NCBI GenBank assembly: GCA_964643315.1 | Contig: CAZXSR010000003.1 | Span: forward strand, 88,506-152,505 | Reading direction: 5' to 3' | From: an uncultured Ferruginibacter sp. | GTDB lineage: Bacteria; Bacteroidota; Bacteroidia; Chitinophagales; Chitinophagaceae | Length of the DNA stretch: 64,000 nt | In this document: positions 29,674 to 40,338 of the stretch, one piece after another | Layout: every line of letters starts with the position of its first letter | Position numbering within the stretch: the first letter of the stretch is position 1 | Position numbers and translations under genes: made by a program | The notes under the pieces: generated by a model | Told to the model about the DNA's origin: nothing | Seen by the model: only the letters and a program-made list of their open reading frames with translations | Databases searched by the model: none

Positions 29674-32600
29674 ATGAAAATACAAGTATTAGTGAGTCGC
29701 CTCATCATGGCAATGGTGCTGTTATTTTTATCAGCCCTTTTTGCTTTTGGGCAGCGACCAACAACAAATTTTTCTGCTACTCCAGCAGCAGGATGTGCCC
29801 CTTTACTGGTAAATTTTACAGACCAATCTACGGGTAATCCAACATCCTGGAGATGGACCCTCGGTAATGGCAGTCAATCTAGCAACCGCAATCCATCTGC
29901 CGTTTACATGAACCCCGGAACTTACACTGTTAAGCTGGTTGCCACCAATGCTGCAGGGTCAGACTCCTTGATACGTACAAACTATATTACAGTTTATTCG
30001 AAGCCAAACATACAGTTCTCGGCATCCAATAATAACGGTTGTGGCCCACTTACTGTATCATTTACAGACAATAGCTCGGCAGGCTCGGGAACAATTCAAA
30101 CTCGCCAATGGGATTTTGGTGATGGAACTTTCAGTACCGAAGCAAACCCGGTTCATACATATACAAGCCAGGGTAACTTCAATGTTTCTCTTATGGTATC
30201 AAATTCATTTGGTTGCTCGGCTTCTTCAACCCAAAATGGATATGTTCAAGTCATACCCAAACCAACAATATCATTCTCAAGCAACAATACATCATCTTGC
30301 TCATTCCCATTTGATGCCACATTCCAAAATCAAACTACGGCATCCGGAGCGATCAGTTTCTTATGGCAGTTTGGAGATGGCACCTCATCAACGGAGATCA
30401 ATCCTACACACAGCTACAGAAATCCTGGCTCATATAGTGTAAAATTGAAAGCAACAGGTGTAGGTGGTTGCAGCGATTCTCTCAGCAGAAATAACTATAT
30501 AAACATACAAAACAATGTTGTTTCATTTACAGCTCCGGATCGGGCTTGTGTAAATAGTTTAATACAGCTTACCGGTACTTCAAGCCCAACTCCCAGCTCA
30601 ACACTATGGAGATTTAGCAATGGAACAACAACCAATGACCCAAGTCCGGTTGTTTCCTTCAGCACACCCGGAATATTCTATATCACCAAAATTGACAATT
30701 TTGGAGGATGTATGGACTCCGTAACCCAAAGTATTGAAATTGTACAAAAACCCGTTTCAAATTTTGCAGGAACAAATTTATCTTCTTGTCGGGCTCCACT
30801 TGTAACAAGTTTTACATCAAATACTAGCAACACCACAAGTTATTTGTGGAATTTTGGTGATGGCCAAACATCTAATGGCGCAAACCCACAACATACTTAC
30901 ACGCAGGAGGGCTCATATGATGTTTCACTTATTGCGGGCAACAGTGGTGGTTGCTTTGATACACTTATAAGAACAGCGTACGTAACAATACAGTTTCCTG
31001 TTGTGAGTGTGACACACTTTCCGCAGCCCGGTTGTGTTCCATTGACCGATACTTTTAGTCTTTCTGTTACAGGAGGAGATGCCGTAGCTTCTTATCTATG
31101 GAATTTTGGTGATGGTGGCACATCAACCGAATCAACACCTACACACACTTTTAGCCAAAGAGGCAAGTATGATATTCAGGTAATAATAAGAACCGCAAGT
31201 GGCTGTACAGATACTGCATTTTACCCGCAGGCAGTAAAAGCGGGTAATAAACCTAACCCGTCTTTTGAAGCAGTAACCACAACAACATGTGCTTCTGAAT
31301 CAGTAACATTCAATAACTTAACGCCTGCAGCTGATTCCGCTGATAACTGGCTTTGGATATTTGGAGACAATACGTTCTCTTCAGCAATGTCACCAAGTCA
31401 TCTATTTATTGATACCGGTATTTTTGATATTCAATTACTGGCGTTCGATAATGGATGCCCATCCGATACTTTTATACGCCCACAGTACATAACCGTGTTG
31501 GCACCAATAGCAAAATTTTCTGTCATCAATAATTGTGCGCAAAGACTAACCAAAAAATTCAACGACTTATCTATTGGTGCGGAAAGCTGGCTTTGGGACT
31601 TCGGCGACGGTATCACATCAGATGAACAAAGCCCCGAGCATACCTACAACAGTTCAGGCAGATACACAGTAAAACTAACGGTAAACAACGCAACAAATAA
31701 TTGCAGTGCGACAAAAACATTTAATATTCTGGTTTCCAATGAGGTGCCTGATTTTGAGGCAAATCCCTTGGCCATTTGCCGTACCAACTCCACTAATTTC
31801 AGGGTTACGAATTTTACTCCCGACTATTTTAGTGCATTTACCTGGAGATTCGGAGATGGTATTACCGGATCTGATACAGCAGTTACAAAAATCTACTATA
31901 CAACCGGAATTTATACAGTAAAACTGATGAGCAGAGACAAAAATGGATGTAAGGATACTATAACCAAAAACAATTACATACAGGTCAATGGACCCAAATC
32001 TTTGTTCTCTGCAACAAATACCAATAATTGCATCAATAGTCTGGTAGCATTTACGGATAATTCCACGGGAGATGGTAGAAATGCCATCGTTCAGAGAATA
32101 TGGAGTTGGGGTGATGGGTCAAGTGATACCACAATCAATCAAACTTCTCTTTCACATCAATATCTCACTAATGGTAACTATACTGTCAGGTTGAGAATAA
32201 TTGACGCTTTTGGTTGTGAAAATATTTTGAGTCGTCAAAACTATATCAGAATCAATTCACCGGCCGCTAATTTTTACACGGCTGATACATTGGCCTGTGT
32301 CAACTCAAACATCAATTTAATAAACAGTACAACCAGCCCTAATGTAAGCTTCAGTTGGAATTTTGGAGATGGTCGTACTTCAAATGTCGCAGCACCTGTA
32401 TTGTCTTACCCCTCTCAGGGCACCTACTCAATTACATTGTATGTTACCAATAGCATTGGATGTACAGATTCACTACGCAGGGATAATTACATTAAAGTAA
32501 AAAATCCGATTGCATCATACACTGCAAATACCTATGAGGGCAATTGTCCTCCTCTTGTTGTAAACTTCAACAACACATCACAAAACTATTTGTCACAACT

Positions 32601-34494
32601 TTGGGATTTTGGTGATGGTACTTCTACAAATACCGATAACCCGTCTCACTTTTATGCGATATCCGGAAATTATACTGCAAAAGTAACAGTTACCGGTCCC
32701 GGTGGATGTACGGATACCTATCAACATGCAATTATTGTACATGGGCCGCGTGGCACGCTCAATTACTCAAATTCTCCCGGTTGTACTCCATTGTTAAAAA
32801 CCTTACAGGCTAACGTAATCAATACTACTGAAATGGTATGGGATTTCAACGATGGGAATACTTTGCAGAGCATGGTAGCTACACAAAACCATACATACAC
32901 CACAGAAGGTGTTTACCTTCCAAAACTATTATTAAAGGATGCCACAGGTTGTATCGTTCCGGTAAGCGGAAGGGACTCTATTCGTGTAAATAATTTGCAT
33001 CCTGCATTTGAAATGGGGAATCATAGTTTTTGTAGATCCGGCAATGTTGTATTCAATAATACGAGTGTTGCTACAGATGCAATTTCATCTTACTTGTGGA
33101 ATTTTGGAGACGGCACCACATCATCAGAACAACATCCAACACACGTATACGCAAACCCTGGTAATTATATTCCCACTTTGACTGTGCAAACAGTAACCGG
33201 TTGTTCTGGAACTTACCAATCATCAGACACTGTAACAATATTAAGTATCCCTGACGCCCAGATCTTACAGAGTGCCACGGAAGGTTGTGAGGGCATTGGT
33301 GTTGTATTCAACGGAAGTGTGAATGGATTGGCTGCAGCTTCTGTGCTTTGGAGTTGGGACTTTGGAAACGGTAACACATCCACTGTTCAAAATCCGCCTG
33401 CTCAAACATTCCGTACAGTTGGAAACAATCGTATTACAGCTACAGTTACTAATGCAGCAGGTTGCTCAAATTCCTTAGAAGCTTTTGTGATGGTGCATCC
33501 AATTCCAACAGTGGATGCAGGACCGGATACTTTTTCTTGTCGTATGATCGGTATTCGATTGCAGGCAACCGGTGCTGATATCTATAATTGGTCACCAGCA
33601 ATAGGATTATCTTGTATAAATTGTGCCAATCCGCTTGCTAACCCAACAACCGGCTTATATTATCGTGTAACTGGGAAAACCAATTTTGGTTGCCAGAACA
33701 TCGACTCTGTTTATGTAAGTGTAATAAACCCTTTCACATTATCTGTCAGTCCTCCAGATTCTGTTTGTAAAGGAAATTCAAAACAATTATCTGCTTCAGG
33801 CGGTTACAGATATACTTGGAGCCCAAATACAGGTTTGGATAATCCAAACATTGCCAATCCAACAGCCACGCCTGATGTTACAACCATATATAATGTGGTA
33901 GCAACAGATGAAAAAGCCTGTTTCACTAAATCCAAAGTAGTTCCAATAACAGTGCACAATAACCCTACAGTAGATCTGGATGAGGAAACTACAGTAACTG
34001 TTGGCAGAACGATTGATCTGATTCCCAGAGTTTCAAGAGATGTAATAGATGCCCGTTGGTCACCAACGACATCTATATTCAGAACTGATTTTCCCGGCAT
34101 CACAGTAAAGCCATCAGAAACTACCACATTTACGATAGATGTATTCAATAGTCATCGTTGTACTGCTTCGGACAGAATCACTGTGAATGTAATGTGTAAC
34201 AACTCAAATATGTTTATACCAAACAGCTTTTCTCCTAATGGTGATGGTATGAACGATATTTTCTATCCAAGGGGTACAGGTATTTTTACGATAAAGAGCA
34301 TGCGTATTTTTTCGAGATGGGGCGAAGTAATATACCAAAGGAATAATTTTAAAGCCAATGACCCCACAAAAGGGTGGGATGGATTGTTCAAAGGACAAAA
34401 AATGAATGCAGATGCCTTTGTTTACACGGTAGAAGTGGTATGTGAAAATAATACAGAGATGACTTTCAAAGGAACTGTAACACTTATTCGCTAG
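29674..34494 (+). CDS. PKD-repeat surface protein with gliding-motility (CHU_C, T9SS type B) C-terminal domain
   Basis: 15 WxFGDG-type PKD motifs counted; C-terminal FIPNSFSPNGDGMND...SRWGE...GWDG...GTVTLIR; start set at MKIQVL (ORF extends to 29602). Confidence 0.92.
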   Translation: MKIQVLVSRLIMAMVLLFLSALFAFGQRPTTNFSATPAAGCAPLLVNFTDQSTGNPTSWRWTLGNGSQSSNRNPSAVYMNPGTYTVKLVATNAAGSDSLIRTNYITVYSKPNIQFSASNNNGCGPLTVSFTDNSSAGSGTIQTRQWDFGDGTFSTEANPVHTYTSQGNFNVSLMVSNSFGCSASSTQNGYVQVIPKPTISFSSNNTSSCSFPFDATFQNQTTASGAISFLWQFGDGTSSTEINPTHSYRNPGSYSVKLKATGVGGCSDSLSRNNYINIQNNVVSFTAPDRACVNSLIQLTGTSSPTPSSTLWRFSNGTTTNDPSPVVSFSTPGIFYITKIDNFGGCMDSVTQSIEIVQKPVSNFAGTNLSSCRAPLVTSFTSNTSNTTSYLWNFGDGQTSNGANPQHTYTQEGSYDVSLIAGNSGGCFDTLIRTAYVTIQFPVVSVTHFPQPGCVPLTDTFSLSVTGGDAVASYLWNFGDGGTSTESTPTHTFSQRGKYDIQVIIRTASGCTDTAFYPQAVKAGNKPNPSFEAVTTTTCASESVTFNNLTPAADSADNWLWIFGDNTFSSAMSPSHLFIDTGIFDIQLLAFDNGCPSDTFIRPQYITVLAPIAKFSVINNCAQRLTKKFNDLSIGAESWLWDFGDGITSDEQSPEHTYNSSGRYTVKLTVNNATNNCSATKTFNILVSNEVPDFEANPLAICRTNSTNFRVTNFTPDYFSAFTWRFGDGITGSDTAVTKIYYTTGIYTVKLMSRDKNGCKDTITKNNYIQVNGPKSLFSATNTNNCINSLVAFTDNSTGDGRNAIVQRIWSWGDGSSDTTINQTSLSHQYLTNGNYTVRLRIIDAFGCENILSRQNYIRINSPAANFYTADTLACVNSNINLINSTTSPNVSFSWNFGDGRTSNVAAPVLSYPSQGTYSITLYVTNSIGCTDSLRRDNYIKVKNPIASYTANTYEGNCPPLVVNFNNTSQNYLSQLWDFGDGTSTNTDNPSHFYAISGNYTAKVTVTGPGGCTDTYQHAIIVHGPRGTLNYSNSPGCTPLLKTLQANVINTTEMVWDFNDGNTLQSMVATQNHTYTTEGVYLPKLLLKDATGCIVPVSGRDSIRVNNLHPAFEMGNHSFCRSGNVVFNNTSVATDAISSYLWNFGDGTTSSEQHPTHVYANPGNYIPTLTVQTVTGCSGTYQSSDTVTILSIPDAQILQSATEGCEGIGVVFNGSVNGLAAASVLWSWDFGNGNTSTVQNPPAQTFRTVGNNRITATVTNAAGCSNSLEAFVMVHPIPTVDAGPDTFSCRMIGIRLQATGADIYNWSPAIGLSCINCANPLANPTTGLYYRVTGKTNFGCQNIDSVYVSVINPFTLSVSPPDSVCKGNSKQLSASGGYRYTWSPNTGLDNPNIANPTATPDVTTIYNVVATDEKACFTKSKVVPITVHNNPTVDLDEETTVTVGRTIDLIPRVSRDVIDARWSPTTSIFRTDFPGITVKPSETTTFTIDVFNSHRCTASDRITVNVMCNNSNMFIPNSFSPNGDGMNDIFYPRGTGIFTIKSMRIFSRWGEVIYQRNNFKANDPTKGWDGLFKGQKMNADAFVYTVEVVCENNTEMTFKGTVTLIR

Positions 34495-34519
34495 TAAATC
34501 ATAGATAGATATACTTAGT

Positions 34520-34556
34520 ATACGGGCTTGTACGTAGTACAGGCCCGTATTTTTTT
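34520..34556 (+). terminator. Intrinsic terminator between PKD/CHU_C gene and porP/sprF
   Basis: ATACGGGCTTGTAC-GTA-GTACAGGCCCGTAT plus T tract. Confidence 0.85.
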
Positions 34557-34661
34557 GCATCAAATGAAATTTTCTTAAAAAAAAGTTAAGTAGGGTAAAA
34601 TAAAGTTTTCCATGGGTCGTTTTTAATGTACCGTATCACAAACGATCTAAAATCCAAACCC

Positions 34662-35690
34662 ATGAAAAACGTAACCACTCTAGTATTGGCATTTACCGCT
34701 ATGTTCGGTACACAAGCCACAAAGTCTCAAGACGTTCATTTCTCCCAAATGTTTGAAACTCCAGTTCTGAGAAATCCTGCGATTTCCGGATTATTCAACG
34801 GTGATGTTCGTGTTCAAATGGTACACCGTTCTCAGTGGAGCACAATCGAATCTGCTTTTCAAACTACATCTGTAAGTGCTGAAATAAAAAAGAAAATCGG
34901 AAACGGTGATGACTTTATCACAATCGGTGGTCAGTTGTTAAATGACAAGGCTGGCTCTGCAGCTTTAACTACCACTCAGGTTTCTCCTACAATTAATTAT
35001 CATAAGTCAGTAAGCGCTGAGAGAAACAGCTACCTGTCTCTTGGTTTCATGGCTGGTGTTGTTCAACGTAAAATTGACAGAAGTAAAATGACTACCAACA
35101 ACCAATTCGACGGAGATCGTTTCAACAGTTCTCTTGCTGATGGTGAAACAAATTTAATTCCTTCATACACTTATTTTGATGGTAGTGTTGGAATGAGCTT
35201 CAGCTCTCAGTTGGGTGAAAACGAGCAGAACAACTTTTATGTTGGTGCAGCTTACCACCACTTCAACAAAGCAAAAAAGAATTCTTTTTATCAATCAATG
35301 GATAATCCTGTTATTTCTAAAAAAGTATTTTCCGGTGGTGTTCACATGGAACTTGCCAACAACTCATCTATCACTGTTCAGTCTGATTACAGCGTTCAAG
35401 GTGCCAGCAAAGAAATCGTTTTGGGAGCTATGTATACCATGAACCTCGACAATAACGAAACTACCAAATACCGTTTTCACTTTGGATCTTATGTAAGATG
35501 GAACGATGCAATCATCCCTGTTGCTAAAATTGAGACTCGTGGTATGTCAATCGCTGCAAGCTATGATGCCAACATTTCTCAATTGAAAAACTATAGCAGA
35601 GGAAACGGTGGATTTGAAATCTCTGTTACTTACCAAAAAGCAAAAAAGGTAAACAGCAGTCTGGACGCTGTAAAATGTCCAAAATTTTAA
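34662..35690 (+). CDS. PorP/SprF family T9SS outer-membrane protein
   Basis: QDVHFSQ...NPAISG, HRSQW, LNDKAG, SYD...GGFEISV; start set at MKNVTT. Confidence 0.92.
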   Translation: MKNVTTLVLAFTAMFGTQATKSQDVHFSQMFETPVLRNPAISGLFNGDVRVQMVHRSQWSTIESAFQTTSVSAEIKKKIGNGDDFITIGGQLLNDKAGSAALTTTQVSPTINYHKSVSAERNSYLSLGFMAGVVQRKIDRSKMTTNNQFDGDRFNSSLADGETNLIPSYTYFDGSVGMSFSSQLGENEQNNFYVGAAYHHFNKAKKNSFYQSMDNPVISKKVFSGGVHMELANNSSITVQSDYSVQGASKEIVLGAMYTMNLDNNETTKYRFHFGSYVRWNDAIIPVAKIETRGMSIAASYDANISQLKNYSRGNGGFEISVTYQKAKKVNSSLDAVKCPKF

Positions 35691-35742
35691 AATGATAAAA
35701 AATATAATTAACATATTCGTTTTTATGGATTGTTTGGATACC

Positions 35743-35775
35743 AACCCACCCCGCTTCTGCGGGGTTCGTTGCTTG
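35743..35775 (+). terminator. Hairpin/terminator after porP/sprF
   Basis: ACCCCGC-TTCT-GCGGGGT stem (35748-35765); U tract weak. Confidence 0.6.
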
Positions 35776-35817
35776 TAAAAAAATTAAACAGAAATCAGGA
35801 TATTATATGCATTTACA

Positions 35818-35825
35818 TAACTTTG
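35818..35825 (+). promoter_or_regulatory. -7 promoter element for peroxiredoxin gene
   Basis: TAACTTTG 16 nt before ATG; no clear -33 box. Confidence 0.6.
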
Positions 35826-35841
35826 CAGGAAAATAAAAATA

Positions 35842-36318
35842 ATGGCATTACAAATTGGTCAAAAAGCTCCAAACTTCTCATTATACAGCAGCAAAAAGGA
35901 AAAAATCTCTTTGGGTGATTTTGCAGGAAATAAAAATGTACTGATTCTGTTCTTTCCGCAATCATTTACAGGAGTTTGTACAAAAGAATTATGCTCTGTA
36001 AGAGATGATATTGGAAGATACAATCAAGCAAATGCCGAAGTTTTGGGAATTTCGGTTGATTCTATCTTTACGCTGGCTAAATTTAAAGAGGAGCAACAAT
36101 TGAATTTTACACTTCTCAGCGATTTTAATAAAGAGGTTTCCACATCCTATGAGAGTATTTATGCATCTTTCACAGATATGGACATGCGGGGGGTAAGTAA
36201 AAGATCGGCTTTTATCATTGATAAACAAGGAGTTATACAATTTGCACAGGTACTCGAAAGTGCAGGAGACATCCCTGACTTTGAAGCGATCAACGAAACA
36301 CTTAACAGAATCCAATAA
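35842..36318 (+). CDS. Peroxiredoxin (AhpC/TSA, redoxin)
   Basis: FFPQSFTGVCTKE peroxidatic motif, LLSDFN, RSAFIIDK. Confidence 0.92.
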   Translation: MALQIGQKAPNFSLYSSKKEKISLGDFAGNKNVLILFFPQSFTGVCTKELCSVRDDIGRYNQANAEVLGISVDSIFTLAKFKEEQQLNFTLLSDFNKEVSTSYESIYASFTDMDMRGVSKRSAFIIDKQGVIQFAQVLESAGDIPDFEAINETLNRIQ

Positions 36319-36376
36319 AAAATATTGGCCATTCGGCTATATTTCCATAACTTCAATCTCACAAATAGATTTCTCT

Positions 36377-36712
36377 TTGAGAAAACTCATAACCATATCA
36401 TTGATTACCTGTCTGTTTGCAGTAAATGCCAATGGGCAGAGCAGATCGTCATCTGAGACTAACAGCCACCTTGTAAAACTTTTTCCAAACCCCGCATCTA
36501 CCTATATCAATATTGATGTTACAAAGGTAAACAGCAACAATACGTTTTTCCAAATTTTCAATTTCATGGGCCGAAAAGTGTATGAATCACGCCTATCCTC
36601 CCCCAGAACCTCCTTATATCTAAATGATTTCTTCAGAGGTATGTACATTTACCAACTACGCGATCGAAACGGCTCTGTTTTGGAAACAGGTAAATTCCAG
36701 ATTTTAAAGTAA
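36377..36712 (+). CDS. Small protein: signal peptide plus lone T9SS type A CTD
   Basis: TTG start (LRKLITISLITCLFAVNANGQ), then LFPNPA...GMYIYQL...GKFQILK; ORF-track start at 36218 overlaps the upstream gene and is rejected. Confidence 0.75.
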   Translation: MRKLITISLITCLFAVNANGQSRSSSETNSHLVKLFPNPASTYINIDVTKVNSNNTFFQIFNFMGRKVYESRLSSPRTSLYLNDFFRGMYIYQLRDRNGSVLETGKFQILK

Positions 36713-36855
36713 TCAATTCCAATTGCTTCCACATTGACAACACTTCCGGGTTGATTGTATTTTTGTGCCAAAATGTCGCCAAAAGTATGATGGCAGTGTT
36801 TTTGAATGTTATGAACTAACTTTATTTACAACAATTTTACTATTTATTTATCCCA

Positions 36856-37368
36856 ATGGAAGAAACTAAAGACATACAGTCACAGGAAAACAACGATACA
36901 ACCGAGGAGAATACGCAAGAGTCTGAGATAAATAAAATTCAGGCATCATTGGATGAGCAAAAAGATAAATATTTGCGACTATTTGCCGATTTTGAGAACT
37001 ATAAAAGAAGAATGGCTAAAGAGCGATTGGAATTGATTCAAACCGCAGGAAAAGATGTGATACAGTCTTTACTGGAGGTTCTGGATGACTGTGACCGTGC
37101 TGAAAAGAGAATTCCAGATGATCCTGAAAAAAAAGCAGAATGGGAAGGGGTTCTTCTTGTTTTCAATAAACTAAGAAATACATTGCAGCAGAAAGGGTTG
37201 AAATCAATGGATTGCCTGCATACCGAATTTGATGTGGAGAAACATGAAGCAATCACTGAGATAGATGTTCAGGAGGAGCTAAAAGGTAAAGTGGTTGATG
37301 AACTTGAGAAGGGCTACTTACTTCAGGAGAAGATAATTCGATTTGCTAAAGTTGTAGTAGGTAAATAA
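36856..37368 (+). CDS. grpE: Nucleotide exchange factor GrpE
   Basis: [40 protein letters not shown]. Confidence 0.97.
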   Translation: MEETKDIQSQENNDTTEENTQESEINKIQASLDEQKDKYLRLFADFENYKRRMAKERLELIQTAGKDVIQSLLEVLDDCDRAEKRIPDDPEKKAEWEGVLLVFNKLRNTLQQKGLKSMDCLHTEFDVEKHEAITEIDVQEELKGKVVDELEKGYLLQEKIIRFAKVVVGK

Positions 37369-37387
37369 TGGCTGTATAATATCTAAT

Positions 37388-38539
37388 ATGTCAAACAAAA
37401 GAGATTATTACGAAATACTGGGTGTCTCCAAATCTGCTTCAGCAGAGGAAATCAAAAAAGCCTATCGTAAAGTTGCGATGCAATATCATCCCGACAGAAA
37501 TCCTGGCGATAAAGCTGCGGAAGAAAAATTCAAAGAAGCAGCTGAAGCTTATGAAATACTGAATGATTCCGACAAACGCTCTCAATACGACCGCTTTGGC
37601 CACAATGCATTTAGTCAGGGACGCGGAGGCGGATACAGCGGAGGCGGCATGAATATGGATGACATATTTAGCCAGTTCGGAGATATTTTTGGAGACGGAG
37701 GACAGTTCAGCAGTTTTTTTGGGGGCGGAGGAAGACGAGCACAATCCAACAGAGGGTCAAATCTTCGTGTAAAAATCAGGATGAGTTATGAAGAGATTGC
37801 TAAAGGAACTCAGAAGACGATCAAAATAAAAAAATACATCAAATGTAACACCTGCAGTGGAAGCGGTGCAAAGGATAAGAACAGCATTCAAACATGCGGA
37901 CAATGCAATGGCACCGGACAGGTTCGCAGGGTTCAGCAAAGTTTTCTAGGACAAATGCAGACAGTTACAACCTGCCCTAGTTGCCACGGTGGAGGCACTA
38001 CAATCTCTGCCAAATGCAATGCGTGCAAAGGTGAGGGAAGAGTATACGGAGAGGAAACCATTACGATAGAAATTCCTGCCGGTGTGCAGGATGGTATGCA
38101 GTTGAGTATTAGTGGAAGAGGAAATATCGGAGAACGTGGGGGCCATCATGGTGATTTGATTGTACAAATTGAAGAAGAGGCACACGCTCAGTTACAACGT
38201 GATGGATTGAATGTAGCATATGATTTGCACATCAGTTTTCCTGATGCCGTTTTTGGTACACAAATTGAAGTGCCAACCATCGACGGTCGCGCTAAAATAA
38301 AAATTCCTGCAGGAACACAAAGTGGAAAAATACTCCGTCTCAAAGGTAAAGGGTTCCCGGGTTTACAATCTTATGAGAAGGGAGACCAATTGATTCATGT
38401 AAACGTATGGACGCCTCAGCAAGTGACTGAGGAGGAAAAAGAACTTCTGGAAAAACTGAATAAATCAGACAATTTCTCGCCGAAACCTCAAAAAAGTGAG
38501 AAATCTTTTTATGATAAGATCAGGGATATTTTCAGCTAG
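37388..38539 (+). CDS. dnaJ: Molecular chaperone DnaJ
   Basis: J domain with HPD, G/F-rich region, four CxxCxGxG repeats. Confidence 0.98.
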   Translation: MSNKRDYYEILGVSKSASAEEIKKAYRKVAMQYHPDRNPGDKAAEEKFKEAAEAYEILNDSDKRSQYDRFGHNAFSQGRGGGYSGGGMNMDDIFSQFGDIFGDGGQFSSFFGGGGRRAQSNRGSNLRVKIRMSYEEIAKGTQKTIKIKKYIKCNTCSGSGAKDKNSIQTCGQCNGTGQVRRVQQSFLGQMQTVTTCPSCHGGGTTISAKCNACKGEGRVYGEETITIEIPAGVQDGMQLSISGRGNIGERGGHHGDLIVQIEEEAHAQLQRDGLNVAYDLHISFPDAVFGTQIEVPTIDGRAKIKIPAGTQSGKILRLKGKGFPGLQSYEKGDQLIHVNVWTPQQVTEEEKELLEKLNKSDNFSPKPQKSEKSFYDKIRDIFS

Positions 38540-40323
38540 AAAAAAAAGAAACGCTTTCTCTTCTTCTTATCGGCATAAATTTTACTTGCCTTGATTATCA
38601 TTTTTCCAAATTCGTCCGTAAAATAATTTTTCGACACCCCGGACTTTTGATAGTAATTCATAATGAATTTCCAATCCGTTGTGGACGAGTACCTGGACTT
38701 TCTCAATTTCAAACCAAACATCGTTATGGTATTCATAAAACGATAATCCGGATGTAAATTATTTTCAGCTATTTGTTTGTTTTCTATTGGGAATAAGATA
38801 TTTTTTTTCAGCGAATCGCCAGATTCTTGAAAAGAAACTGAGAGTGTGCCTATATTACTATTATCTGTATTCAAATAGTTTTCCGGCTCTATTTCATAAA
38901 GCAAGTTTGATGATGATGCACTTCCGATTTGGCCGCCTTCCAGTTTCATATCTTTAGTATCAATACCCTCCCGTTCATTATCAAACCCAATCAAACGGTA
39001 TGATTTGATGTATTTTGGATTAAACTGTATGTTCGCTGTCGCATTATCAGCTACCATACAAATCGTTTGAGTGAGTTCGTTCATGAAAACCTTTTCCGCC
39101 TCACGGATATTATCCAGGTATACATAATTACCATTTCCTTTTTTTGCTAATACCTGTAGCTTTGAATCCTTTAGATTTCCAGCGCCTACACCCATACAAG
39201 TCAAATATATATTTGCTGATTTTTCCCTGATAATCAGTTGCTGAAGTGCTTCTTCCGAACTGCTTCCTACATTGAAATCGCCATCCGTTGCAAGTATCAC
39301 TCTGTTATTGCCACCTTTGATAAAAGTAGACCTAGCCATTTTGTATGCAAGTTTTATGGCAGACTCCCCCGGAGTATCTCCGGATGCTTCAAGAGACTCA
39401 ATGGCATCCATGATTTTAGATTTATGATTACCGGATGTGGGCGAAAGCCAAACCATCGCATCTCCTCCATAAGTAACAATAGAAACAGTATCAATAGGTC
39501 TTAGATGATTTACAAATAACCGGAAAGCAGATTTAATCAGGGGCAAGCGATTTGGCAAATCCATACTTCCTGATACGTCTATTAAAAAAACAAAATTTCC
39601 CGGTGGCACCTTACTCATATCAATTTTTCTGGCAGATAAAGTAAGGTATAATAATTTTTTTCTGTTATCCCACGGACATTCAGTAAAAGCGGAGTGTATT
39701 TTAAACATGCTGTCACCGCCTGGCTCAGTGTATTGGAGGTTATAGTAGTTAATCATTTCCTCCATCCTTATAGCATCCGCCGGCACTTTCATATCATTAT
39801 TAAGAAAACGACGAATATTGCTGTATGAAGCCTTATTGATATTGAGGGTAATGGTTGATTTGGGATATTGATTAGTTTGTACCCATGGATTTTCTACCAG
39901 TTTCAAATAAGTCTCATCTGTAAAATTCTCTGTAGTCTCTTCCTCCCAGGCATAATCATCATAATAAGAGATCATCTTTCTCTGAACCTGATTTTTGTTG
40001 GAAGACTCCTGTTTTAAAATGATGGTTTGCCACTTAGTAGCATCAACCATAATAGCGAGGGTTTCATAACCATCAAGGGATAAGATTAAAGAATCTTTGG
40101 AAATATTCAGATTAAAACCAAAGGCACCGCTTGATCCGGTGTAGTAGAAAAGCTTGTTGGTGTAAGAAAGGATTTTTACATTGAATATTGGCTTATGCTT
40201 TTCATCGAGCACCTCACCCCTGAGATAATATTGCGCTTTTGCAGAAAAAAAAATAGACGAAAAGAGAATAAGTCCAAGTGGCCTTAATACAAAAATAGAT
40301 TGAATGTTTTTTTTAGACAACAT
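38536..40323 (-). CDS. VWA-domain protein, YfbK-like
   Basis: Signal peptide, carboxypeptidase-regulatory-like N-terminus, [39 protein letters not shown]. Confidence 0.88.
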   Translation of the reverse strand: MLSKKNIQSIFVLRPLGLILFSSIFFSAKAQYYLRGEVLDEKHKPIFNVKILSYTNKLFYYTGSSGAFGFNLNISKDSLILSLDGYETLAIMVDATKWQTIILKQESSNKNQVQRKMISYYDDYAWEEETTENFTDETYLKLVENPWVQTNQYPKSTITLNINKASYSNIRRFLNNDMKVPADAIRMEEMINYYNLQYTEPGGDSMFKIHSAFTECPWDNRKKLLYLTLSARKIDMSKVPPGNFVFLIDVSGSMDLPNRLPLIKSAFRLFVNHLRPIDTVSIVTYGGDAMVWLSPTSGNHKSKIMDAIESLEASGDTPGESAIKLAYKMARSTFIKGGNNRVILATDGDFNVGSSSEEALQQLIIREKSANIYLTCMGVGAGNLKDSKLQVLAKKGNGNYVYLDNIREAEKVFMNELTQTICMVADNATANIQFNPKYIKSYRLIGFDNEREGIDTKDMKLEGGQIGSASSSNLLYEIEPENYLNTDNSNIGTLSVSFQESGDSLKKNILFPIENKQIAENNLHPDYRFMNTITMFGLKLRKSRYSSTTDWKFIMNYYQKSGVSKNYFTDEFGKMIIKASKIYADKKKRKRFFFF

Positions 40324-40338
40324 GTTATTTGCTAAAAA

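Noticed and set aside
36218-36376. Long N-terminus of the CTD-only protein
   Set aside because: Overlaps the peroxiredoxin gene; the signal peptide starts at TTG 36377.
36720-36855. CIRCE element before grpE-dnaJ
   Set aside because: No TTAGCACTC-N9-GAGTGCTAA match.
38536-38539. Tail-to-tail overlap of dnaJ and the VWA gene
   Set aside because: A 4-bp convergent stop overlap is common; no further signal.
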